Part shown: positions 25,154-32,000 of the stretch, in pieces
Layout of the letters: every line of letters starts with the position of its first letter
Numbering within the stretch: position 1 is the stretch's first letter
Source of the DNA: Candidatus Saccharimonadota bacterium
GTDB taxonomy: Bacteria; Bacteroidota; Bacteroidia; Flavobacteriales; Blattabacteriaceae
NCBI RefSeq assembly: GCF_964030875.1
Contig: NZ_OZ034981.1
Coordinates: forward strand, 210,001-242,000
Length of the DNA: 32,000 nt
Reading direction: 5' to 3'
The notes under the pieces: model-generated
Database searches by the model: none
What the model was told of the DNA's origin: nothing
The model's input: only the letters and a program-made list of their open reading frames with translations
Made by a program: the position numbers and the translations under genes

Positions 25154-25966
25154 ATGTCAGTGAAAAAATTAAAACCTATAACACCTGGACAGAGATTTAG
25201 AATTGTAAATAGTTTTAAGGAAATTACTAAAACTATTCCTAGCAAAATTTTAACTAAAGGAAAATCCTCTACTGGAGGTAGAAATAATACTGGAAAAATG
25301 ACTGTCCGTTATATTGGACAGGGTCATAAAAGAAAATATAGAATTATCGACTTCAAAAGAGATAAAAGAGAGATATTTGCCGTAGTGAAATCTATAGAAT
25401 ATGATCCTAATCGTTCAGCGTTTATCTCTCTTCTTCATTATGACGATGGAGAAAAGCGGTATATTATTGCCCAAAATGGACTTAAAGTTGGGCAGAAAAT
25501 TATTTCTGGAAAATCAGTACTTCCTGAAATAGGAAATGCTACTTTTTTAAGTGATATCCCGTTAGGTACGATTATTTCTTGTATTGAAGTTCAACCAGGT
25601 AAAGGAGCCAAAATTGCCCGTAGTGCTGGTTCGTATGCGCAAATCTCTGATAGAGATAATAAATATGCTATAATTAAACTACCTTCAGGTAAAACAAAGA
25701 TACTATTGGCTACTTGTATGGCTACTATAGGTTCAGTATCAAATTCAGATCATCAATTAGAAATATCTGGGAAAGCGGGTAGGAACCGTTGGTTAGGAAG
25801 AAGGCCTAGGACCAGAGCAGTTGCTATGAATCCTGTAGATCATGCTATGGGGGGTGGTGAAGGTAAAGCATCCGGTGGTCATCCCAGAAGCCGTAAAGGG
25901 ATTCTTTCTAAGGGATATAAGACAACCAGAAAGGTCGATAGAATTGATAAAAAATATATGAAATAA
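25154..25966 (+). CDS. rplB: 50S ribosomal protein L2
   Basis: The start is moved to ATG 25154 ([15 protein letters not shown]..), giving 270 aa. Contains [14 protein letters not shown]. Confidence 0.95.
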   Translation: MSVKKLKPITPGQRFRIVNSFKEITKTIPSKILTKGKSSTGGRNNTGKMTVRYIGQGHKRKYRIIDFKRDKREIFAVVKSIEYDPNRSAFISLLHYDDGEKRYIIAQNGLKVGQKIISGKSVLPEIGNATFLSDIPLGTIISCIEVQPGKGAKIARSAGSYAQISDRDNKYAIIKLPSGKTKILLATCMATIGSVSNSDHQLEISGKAGRNRWLGRRPRTRAVAMNPVDHAMGGGEGKASGGHPRSRKGILSKGYKTTRKVDRIDKKYMK

Positions 25967-25969
25967 ATT

Positions 25970-26251
25970 ATGACACGTTCCTTAAAAAAAGGTCCATATA
26001 TACACTATAAATTATATAAAAAGGTTACAAAAAGGTCTCATTCTATTAAAAATAAAAAACCCGTTATAAAAACTTGGTCTAGAAATTCTGTTATTTCTCC
26101 AGATTTTGTTGGAAAAATTATAGCAGTTCATAATGGAAAACAATTTATACCAGTATCTATTACTGAGAATATGGTAGGTCACAAACTAGGAGAATTCTCT
26201 CCTACACGGATTTTTAGGGGACATGCTGGTGCGAAGAAAAAAATAAAATAA
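25970..26251 (+). CDS. rpsS: 30S ribosomal protein S19
   Basis: 93 aa: [41 protein letters not shown]. Confidence 0.96.
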   Translation: MTRSLKKGPYIHYKLYKKVTKRSHSIKNKKPVIKTWSRNSVISPDFVGKIIAVHNGKQFIPVSITENMVGHKLGEFSPTRIFRGHAGAKKKIK

Positions 26252-26255
26252 ATTT

Positions 26256-26642
26256 ATGGGATCAAGAAAAAGAATAAGTGCTATATCTAAAAGACGTCCA
26301 GTTTTTGCATGTTTAAATAACGTCCCTATTTCAGCTAGAAAAATGAGACTAATAGCTAATTTAATACGTAATCTTTCAACCCAGAAGGCCCTAGAAGTAG
26401 TTCAATTTAATAAAAAACATGCATCTATTTATTTTGAAAAGCTTATTCTTTCTGCTATGGCTAACTGGATAAATAATAACACCTCTCTTGGTAAAGAGCA
26501 TTTATATATTAGTAGAATCTATGTAGATAGTGCTCATATGCTCAAAAGAGTTCGTGCTGCTCCTCAGGGGAGAAGTCATCAAATTAGAAAAAGATCTAAC
26601 CATGTTAGTATTTTTTTGTATAGTAAAAATAATGGAGAATAA
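26256..26642 (+). CDS. rplV: 50S ribosomal protein L22
   Basis: 128 aa, including [15 protein letters not shown] and [22 protein letters not shown], with the expected operon position. Confidence 0.93.
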   Translation: MGSRKRISAISKRRPVFACLNNVPISARKMRLIANLIRNLSTQKALEVVQFNKKHASIYFEKLILSAMANWINNNTSLGKEHLYISRIYVDSAHMLKRVRAAPQGRSHQIRKRSNHVSIFLYSKNNGE

Positions 26643-27322
26643 TGGGACAAAAAACAAATCCGATTGCTAATCGACTAGGTATTATAAGAGGTTGGGATTC
26701 TAACTGGTATGGAGGAAAAAATTACAAAAATAGAATAAAAGAAGATTACCATATACGTAAATATATTGAAGTACACTTTTCAAAGTCTAGTATATCTCAT
26801 ATTTATATAGAAAGTACTTTAAAAATGATCATTCTTACTATTACTACATCTCGTCCTGGTATTATTATTGGAAAAGGAGGAAAAGAAATAGATAAACTAA
26901 AAGAGTCATTAAAAAAAATGACTAAGAAAGATGTTAATATTAATATATATGATATACGTAATTCTTCTTTGGATGCTCGTTTGGTCGCCAAAAATTTATC
27001 CCAACAAATTTCCAATAGAATTTCTTATAAGAAAGCTATTAAGGTAGCTATTTATGATGCTAAACGTCTGGATGTTGAAGGTATCAAAATCCAGATATCT
27101 GGTAGGTTAAATGGTGCAGAAATGTCCCGAACTGAATCTTATAAAGAGGGTCGGATTCCTCTTTCGACCCTTCGTGCTGACATAGATTATGCTATCGATT
27201 TTGCTAAGACTTCTTATGGAATAATTGGAATAAAAGTTTGGATTATGAAAGGAGAAATTTATGAAAAAAAAACAGATCTATCTCCATTAATAGGATTGAA
27301 AAAACAACAAAGACCCAAATAA
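26642..27322 (+). CDS. rpsC: 30S ribosomal protein S3
   Basis: 226 aa: [50 protein letters not shown]. Confidence 0.96.
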   Translation: MGQKTNPIANRLGIIRGWDSNWYGGKNYKNRIKEDYHIRKYIEVHFSKSSISHIYIESTLKMIILTITTSRPGIIIGKGGKEIDKLKESLKKMTKKDVNINIYDIRNSSLDARLVAKNLSQQISNRISYKKAIKVAIYDAKRLDVEGIKIQISGRLNGAEMSRTESYKEGRIPLSTLRADIDYAIDFAKTSYGIIGIKVWIMKGEIYEKKTDLSPLIGLKKQQRPK

Positions 27323-27329
27323 AAAAAAG

Positions 27330-27752
27330 ATGTTACAACCTAAAATAACAAAATATAGAAAACAACAGAAAGGTCGCATAAAAGGAAAATCTAGTAGAAA
27401 TTGTACCCTTTCTTTTGGAATTTTCGGGTTAAAAACATTAGAGTCAAGTTTGATAACAGACCGTCAGATAGAAGCTTCTCGTATAGCAGCTACTCGGTAT
27501 ATGAAAAGAGAAGGAAGATTATGGATTAATATTTTTCCTGATAAACCAATAACTAGGAAACCTCAAGAAGTTAGAATGGGTAAAGGAAAAGGTTCAGTAG
27601 AATTTTGGGCAGTGCCTGTAAAATCAGGTTGTATTTTATTGGAAATTAGTGAAGTAACATTATTAATAGCTAGAGAAGCTTTACGGTTGGCAGCAAAAAA
27701 GTTACCAGTAAAGACTAAATTTATAGTAGCCAATAATTTTTATGGATTATAA
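27330..27752 (+). CDS. rplP: 50S ribosomal protein L16
   Basis: 140 aa: [36 protein letters not shown]. Confidence 0.96.
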   Translation: MLQPKITKYRKQQKGRIKGKSSRNCTLSFGIFGLKTLESSLITDRQIEASRIAATRYMKREGRLWINIFPDKPITRKPQEVRMGKGKGSVEFWAVPVKSGCILLEISEVTLLIAREALRLAAKKLPVKTKFIVANNFYGL

Positions 27753-27754
27753 GA

Positions 27755-27943
27755 ATGAAAGCATCTGAAATAATCAATCTCTCTATAAAAGAAATTAGTA
27801 ACCAAATAAAAAATAAAAAATCAGAGTATGAAATTCTTCATTTTAATAATAAAATATCTACGTTAAAAAATCCTCTAAAATTAAGAATTACTAGAAAAAT
27901 TATAGCTCGGATGCTGACTATACTTCGGAAAAAAAATACATAA
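27755..27943 (+). CDS. rpmC: 50S ribosomal protein L29
   Basis: 62 aa, lysine-rich helical protein in the expected position between rplP and rpsQ. Confidence 0.88.
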   Translation: MKASEIINLSIKEISNQIKNKKSEYEILHFNNKISTLKNPLKLRITRKIIARMLTILRKKNT

Positions 27944-27951
27944 AATTTTTT

Positions 27952-28206
27952 ATGAAAAGGAATTTAAGAAAAGAAAAAATCGGAGTTGTTATTAGTAATA
28001 AAATGAATAAAACTATTATTGTAAAAGAAATAAGACGTGTCAAACATCCTTATTATAGAAAAGCTATATCTAGGATAAAAAAATATGCTGCACATGACGA
28101 ATATAATATTTGCAATGAGGGAGATCTTGTTCAATTAATGGAAACACGTCCACTTAGTAAAAGTAAGCGTTGGAGATTGGTTAGAATAATAGAAGAAGTC
28201 AAATAG
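27952..28206 (+). CDS. rpsQ: 30S ribosomal protein S17
   Basis: 84 aa: [57 protein letters not shown]. Confidence 0.95.
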   Translation: MKRNLRKEKIGVVISNKMNKTIIVKEIRRVKHPYYRKAISRIKKYAAHDEYNICNEGDLVQLMETRPLSKSKRWRLVRIIEEVK

Positions 28207-28213
28207 TTATTAG

Positions 28214-28585
28214 ATGTTACAGCAAGAATCCATACTGAAAGTTGCCGATAATACAGGGGTTAAAGAGGTATTACTTATTCGTATACTTGGCGGTACTAAA
28301 AAGCGGTATGCCTCGATAGGAGATAGGATCGTAGTATCTTTTAAAAAAGTTATTTATTCAGGTGATATAAAAAAAGGGCAGGTCTCTAAAGCTGTAGTTG
28401 TACGTACAAAAAAACCAGTTCGTCGTGAAGACGGTTCTTATATTTCATTTGATGATAATGCTTGTGTACTTCTCAATACTTCAGGAGAAATTATAGGGAC
28501 TCGTATTTTTGGACCTATTCCTCGGGAACTACGTGAACATAATAAATATCTGAAAATTATATCATTAGCATCTGAAGTTCTTTAG
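28214..28585 (+). CDS. rplN: 50S ribosomal protein L14
   Basis: 123 aa: [38 protein letters not shown]. Confidence 0.96.
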   Translation: MLQQESILKVADNTGVKEVLLIRILGGTKKRYASIGDRIVVSFKKVIYSGDIKKGQVSKAVVVRTKKPVRREDGSYISFDDNACVLLNTSGEIIGTRIFGPIPRELREHNKYLKIISLASEVL

Positions 28586-28591
28586 ATTATT

Positions 28592-28903
28592 ATGAAATCA
28601 AAAATAAAAAAAGGAGATAAAATCATCGTTTTAAGTGGAAATTATAAAGGGGTTAAAGGAAGAGTAATAGCTGTTTTTCCTAAAAACAAAACCGCTATTG
28701 TAAAAGGTGTTAATCTTATAAAACAACATATTAAACCCCATGATAACAATCCCAAAGGGGAGATTATTAAAAGAGAATCTCCTATCTCTTTATCAAAGAT
28801 TTCTGTAGTTGATCCAGATAGCGTAAAACCGACCCGTATTGGATTTCATCTAAAAGATGGAAAGAAGTTTCGGATAGCAAAGCGTTCTGGAAAAATCTTA
28901 TGA
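28592..28903 (+). CDS. rplX: 50S ribosomal protein L24
   Basis: 103 aa: [22 protein letters not shown] (KOW motif), with the expected operon position. Confidence 0.94.
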   Translation: MKSKIKKGDKIIVLSGNYKGVKGRVIAVFPKNKTAIVKGVNLIKQHIKPHDNNPKGEIIKRESPISLSKISVVDPDSVKPTRIGFHLKDGKKFRIAKRSGKIL

Positions 28904-29448
28904 TGTATTTACCTAGAATAAAAAGTTTATATAAAAAGAAAACTTCTCTGATAATGGAAGAATTCAAATATTCTTCGCCGATGCAGGTTCCGATACTTAA
29001 AAAAATTATTATAAGCCAAGGAATAGGAGATGCTGTATCCGATAAAAAACTGATAAAGTATGCTATTGACGAAATTAGTGCTATTGCTGGTCAAAAAGCA
29101 GTCCCTTGTCTATCAAGAAAAGATGAATCCGGGTTTAAACTCCGTAAGGGAATTCCAGTGGGAATTAAGGTCACTCTTAGAGGAGATAGAATGTTTGAAT
29201 TTTTAGATAGGTTAATCACTGTAGCTCTTCCTAGAGTACGAGATTTTAATGGAATTAATTTTAAAAGTTTCGATGGTCACGGTAACTACAATATGGGGAT
29301 ATCAGAACAAATTATATTTCCAGAAATTTCTATAGAAAAAATTAACAAAATTTCAGGAATGGATCTTACTTTTGTTACCTCAGCTAAAAGTGATGAAGAG
29401 GCGTTTTCATTACTAAGACATCTTGGATTGCCTTTTAAAAAAAAATAA
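28900..29448 (+). CDS. rplE: 50S ribosomal protein L5
   Basis: 182 aa: [53 protein letters not shown]. Overlaps rplX by 4 nt. Confidence 0.95.
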   Translation: MMYLPRIKSLYKKKTSLIMEEFKYSSPMQVPILKKIIISQGIGDAVSDKKLIKYAIDEISAIAGQKAVPCLSRKDESGFKLRKGIPVGIKVTLRGDRMFEFLDRLITVALPRVRDFNGINFKSFDGHGNYNMGISEQIIFPEISIEKINKISGMDLTFVTSAKSDEEAFSLLRHLGLPFKKK

Positions 29449-29454
29449 ATAAAA

Positions 29455-29724
29455 ATGGCTAAAAAATCTCTTCAATCTAGAGAACGTAATAGATTAAAAT
29501 TATATAACAAATATGCTGAAAAACGTAATAAGCTAAAAAAATCTGGTAATTATGAGGGGTTGCAAAAACTTCCTCGAAATTCTTCTAGAGTTAGATTGCA
29601 TAATCGTTGTGAATTTACAGGACGTCCTAAAGGATACATGCGTCTATTTGGAGTATCTAGGATTTTTTTTAGAGAACTTGTAAATATGGGTTTAATTCCA
29701 GGGATAAAAAAATCTAGTTGGTAA
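29455..29724 (+). CDS. rpsN: 30S ribosomal protein S14
   Basis: 89 aa: [53 protein letters not shown]. Confidence 0.95.
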   Translation: MAKKSLQSRERNRLKLYNKYAEKRNKLKKSGNYEGLQKLPRNSSRVRLHNRCEFTGRPKGYMRLFGVSRIFFRELVNMGLIPGIKKSSW

Positions 29725-29725
29725 T

Positions 29726-30124
29726 ATGTACACAGATCCTATAGCAGATTTTTTAACACGAATTCGGAATGCTTTAAATGCTGAACATAGTATAGTGGAA
29801 ATTCCTTCTTCAAAATTAAAAAAAGAGATTACAAAAATCTTATTTGATCAAGGATTAATATTAAGTTATAAATTTGAAGAAAATTCAAATAAGAAAAATA
29901 TTAAAATTGCTTTAAAATATGACCGTAAAACAAGAAAACCAGTAATTAAGTCTATTAAGCGTTTAAGCAAACCAGGATTAAGAAAATACAGTTCATCTAC
30001 TAATTTACCTCGTGTATTAAATGGGTTAGGAATTGCAATAATTTCGACCTCTCAAGGCGTCATGACAGATAAACAGGCTCGAGCAAAACATGTTGGAGGA
30101 GAAGTTATATGTCATGTATATTAA
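29726..30124 (+). CDS. rpsH: 30S ribosomal protein S8
   Basis: 132 aa: [47 protein letters not shown]. Confidence 0.96.
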   Translation: MYTDPIADFLTRIRNALNAEHSIVEIPSSKLKKEITKILFDQGLILSYKFEENSNKKNIKIALKYDRKTRKPVIKSIKRLSKPGLRKYSSSTNLPRVLNGLGIAIISTSQGVMTDKQARAKHVGGEVICHVY

Positions 30125-30135
30125 AAATGTTATTT

Positions 30136-30684
30136 ATGTTAAGAATTCGAAATTTTCCTCTTTCTATACCGAAAGGAGTTTCGGTCGAATTAAAAAACAA
30201 TAATCTTATAGAAGTATTAGGACAGATCGGAAAATTACAACAAGTATTCTCTTCACGAATTAAAATAGAATATAATGGAGAAAAACTCTTAGTGAAGAGA
30301 ACTTCAGATAACAAGGAAGATAGAGCAATACATGGTCTTTATTGCTCAATTATTAAAAATATGTTTATTGGAGTCACCATGGGATTTTCTAAGGAATTGG
30401 AATTAGTAGGAATAGGATACAGAGCTTTTCATAAAAATCAACGATTAGAATTAAATTTAGGTTTTTCTCACAATATTATAATGGAACTTCCGATAGAAAT
30501 TAAACTACATACCCAATATGAAAAAGGAAAAAATCCATTAATTATTCTTAAATCCTGTGATAAGCAACTATTAGGTCTTGTTGCTGCTAAAATTTATTCT
30601 ATTAGAAAACCAGATCCTTATAAGGGAAAAGGAGTAAGATACGTCGGAAAATATATAAGAAGAAAAGCAGGAAAATCCGCTTAA
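30136..30684 (+). CDS. rplF: 50S ribosomal protein L6
   Basis: The start is placed at ATG 30136 ([22 protein letters not shown]..), by analogy with the canonical MSRIG..PI.IP.GV. ATG 30127 is an alternative. The 5' part of the track ORF overlaps the rpsH end. Confidence 0.9.
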   Translation: MLRIRNFPLSIPKGVSVELKNNNLIEVLGQIGKLQQVFSSRIKIEYNGEKLLVKRTSDNKEDRAIHGLYCSIIKNMFIGVTMGFSKELELVGIGYRAFHKNQRLELNLGFSHNIIMELPIEIKLHTQYEKGKNPLIILKSCDKQLLGLVAAKIYSIRKPDPYKGKGVRYVGKYIRRKAGKSA

Positions 30685-30686
30685 AA

Positions 30687-31004
30687 ATGTCTAAAAAAAA
30701 GAATAAAATTTTTGGTACTTCAGAAAGGCCCCGTCTATCAATATATAGAAGTAATAAAGATATTTTTGCTCAAGTCATTGATGATTTTAAAGGTATTACG
30801 TTATCTTCAGCAACAAGTAAGGAAAAAAAATTTAAAATAAAAGTAAGTAAAACTAAAAAAGCTACTTTGGTTGGTCAAATCTTAGGAGAAAAAACTCTTA
30901 AGTTAGGTATAAGTCGTGTAGTCTTTGATAGAAATGGTTATCTCTATCACGGTAGAGTAAAAGCCTTAGCTGAAGCAGCTCGAAAAGAAGGATTAGAATT
31001 TTAA
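30687..31004 (+). CDS. rplR: 50S ribosomal protein L18
   Basis: 105 aa: [48 protein letters not shown]. Confidence 0.95.
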   Translation: MSKKKNKIFGTSERPRLSIYRSNKDIFAQVIDDFKGITLSSATSKEKKFKIKVSKTKKATLVGQILGEKTLKLGISRVVFDRNGYLYHGRVKALAEAARKEGLEF

Positions 31005-31010
31005 CCCAAA

Positions 31011-31508
31011 ATGGAAAAAACAGTTATTAATAAAAAAATTTCTAGACTTGTTGAAGTAGATAGAGTAGTAAAAGTAACCAAAGGAGGAAGAGGATTTAGT
31101 TATCGGGCACTTGTAGTAGTGGGGAATGAAACTGGTATAGCCGGATACGGGACTGGAAAATCTAAAGATATTTCTGAAGCTATTTCAAAAGCGGAAGATA
31201 ATGCTAAAAAAAATATGTTTAAAATTCCTGCTGTTAATGGTAGTATTCCTCATGAACAAGAATCTCGTTATTCAGGGGCTTGTGTTTTTATGAAACCTGC
31301 TTCTCAAGGAACAGGACTTATTGCTGGTGGCGCAGTGCGCGCTGTATTAGAAGTAGTTGGGATTAAAAACGTACTGTCAAAATCTAAAGGTTCTACTAAT
31401 GCACACAATGTAGTAAAAGCAACGTTTAAAGCATTATCAAATATGCGTGATATAAAAAATATTGCTAGAGAAAGAGGTGTCTCTATACAAAAAGTTTTAA
31501 AAGGTTAA
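31011..31508 (+). CDS. rpsE: 30S ribosomal protein S5
   Basis: 165 aa: VDRVVKVTKGGRGFSYRALVVVGN..GYGTGKSKDISEAISKA..AGGAVRAVLEVVGIKNVLSKS.GS.N. Confidence 0.96.
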   Translation: MEKTVINKKISRLVEVDRVVKVTKGGRGFSYRALVVVGNETGIAGYGTGKSKDISEAISKAEDNAKKNMFKIPAVNGSIPHEQESRYSGACVFMKPASQGTGLIAGGAVRAVLEVVGIKNVLSKSKGSTNAHNVVKATFKALSNMRDIKNIARERGVSIQKVLKG

Positions 31509-31513
31509 AACAA

Positions 31514-31711
31514 ATGAATAAAATTAAAATTACGCAAGTCAAAAGTATTATAAAATGCTCTAATAATCAAAAAAAAACTATTAAAGCCTTAGGGTTAAGA
31601 AAAATTAATCAGAAGGTAGAGCATCTTTATACTCCTCAAATACTAGGAATGATCCGTAAAGTAAGGCATCTTCTAAAAATAGAAACAAATGAAATTTGTA
31701 AAAAATTGTAA
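31514..31711 (+). CDS. rpmD: 50S ribosomal protein L30
   Basis: 65 aa: [50 protein letters not shown]. Its last 23 nt overlap rplO. Confidence 0.93.
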   Translation: MNKIKITQVKSIIKCSNNQKKTIKALGLRKINQKVEHLYTPQILGMIRKVRHLLKIETNEICKKL

Positions 31712-32000
31712 CCGTCTTGGTAGAGGGCAAGCTTCTGGAAAAGGAGGAACTTCAACACGAGGACATAAAGGAGCAAAATCACGCTCAGGAAATTCTACTA
31801 AATTTGGATTTGAAGGTGGTCAAATGCCTCTACAGCGCCGCATCCCTAAATTTGGATTTAAAAATATTCATCGTAAATGTTATGTTGGTATTAATATAGA
31901 TGTCTTACAAAATTTAGTAGATAAGGGAAAAATTAAAACCGAAGTGAATCCAATAATTTTACAAAAACTCGGTTTAGTATATAAAAATAAATTAGTCAAA
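31689..32000 (+). CDS. rplO: 50S ribosomal protein L15 (3' end runs off the window)
   Basis: The frame from ATG 31689 reads [60 protein letters not shown].. (classic L15) and is open to base 32000. Track ORF 31717-31899 is in a different frame and is spurious. Confidence 0.92.
   Translation, partial: MKFVKNCNRLGRGQASGKGGTSTRGHKGAKSRSGNSTKFGFEGGQMPLQRRIPKFGFKNIHRKCYVGINIDVLQNLVDKGKIKTEVNPIILQKLGLVYKNKLVK

Noticed and set aside
31717-31899. 60-aa track [16 protein letters not shown]...
   Set aside because: It is out of frame relative to the clear L15 reading frame (start 31689) and has no recognisable similarity, so it is a shadow ORF.
1-32000. Mobile elements, prophage or genomic island
   Set aside because: No transposase, integrase or phage-like ORFs, no terminal inverted repeats and no tRNA-flanked junctions were seen. 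The disrupted genes are explained by local deletions and expansions.

Overview
AT-rich, tightly packed window that looks like a genome-reduced Bacteroidota (Flavobacteriia-type) obligate endosymbiont. The lineage call is inferred, not searched. It rests on the rpmB-rpmG-DUF4295-ftsY arrangement, a fused CcoNO oxidase, the tmRNA tag GEENYALAA and the str/S10/spc gene order. The right half (17.1-32 kb) is rplM-rpsI-rpsB-tsf followed by the ribosomal super-operon rpsL-rpsG-fusA-rpsJ-rplC...rpmD-rplO, with many overlapping stops and starts. The left half holds intact korA, glnS, tmRNA (ssrA), RNase P RNA (rnpB), an ABC-F ATPase, smpB, rpmB-rpmG plus a 49-aa DUF4295 ORF missing from the ORF track, ftsH and dnaK. 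Interleaved with these are eroded genes: ccoNO, a malic-enzyme remnant, an IMPDH-like remnant, a class-V aminotransferase-like remnant, tatC, ftsY, yidC and map. rpsJ (S10) is frameshifted. The most unusual signal is a set of 13 head-to-tail tandem arrays between 266 and 15122 (units of 8-34 bp, 2-8 copies, all but one with identical copies). Most are expansions of recognisable native coding sequence inside the dead genes, one is an in-frame duplication in intact dnaK, and two lie in promoter-bearing spacers. Three membrane-protein targeting/insertion genes (ftsY, tatC, yidC) are all dead within 3 kb, and the ABC-F protein has lost the catalytic motifs of its second ATPase domain. No mobile elements, CRISPR arrays, tRNAs or rRNAs were seen. 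All calls come from reading translations by eye; no searches or computations were run.
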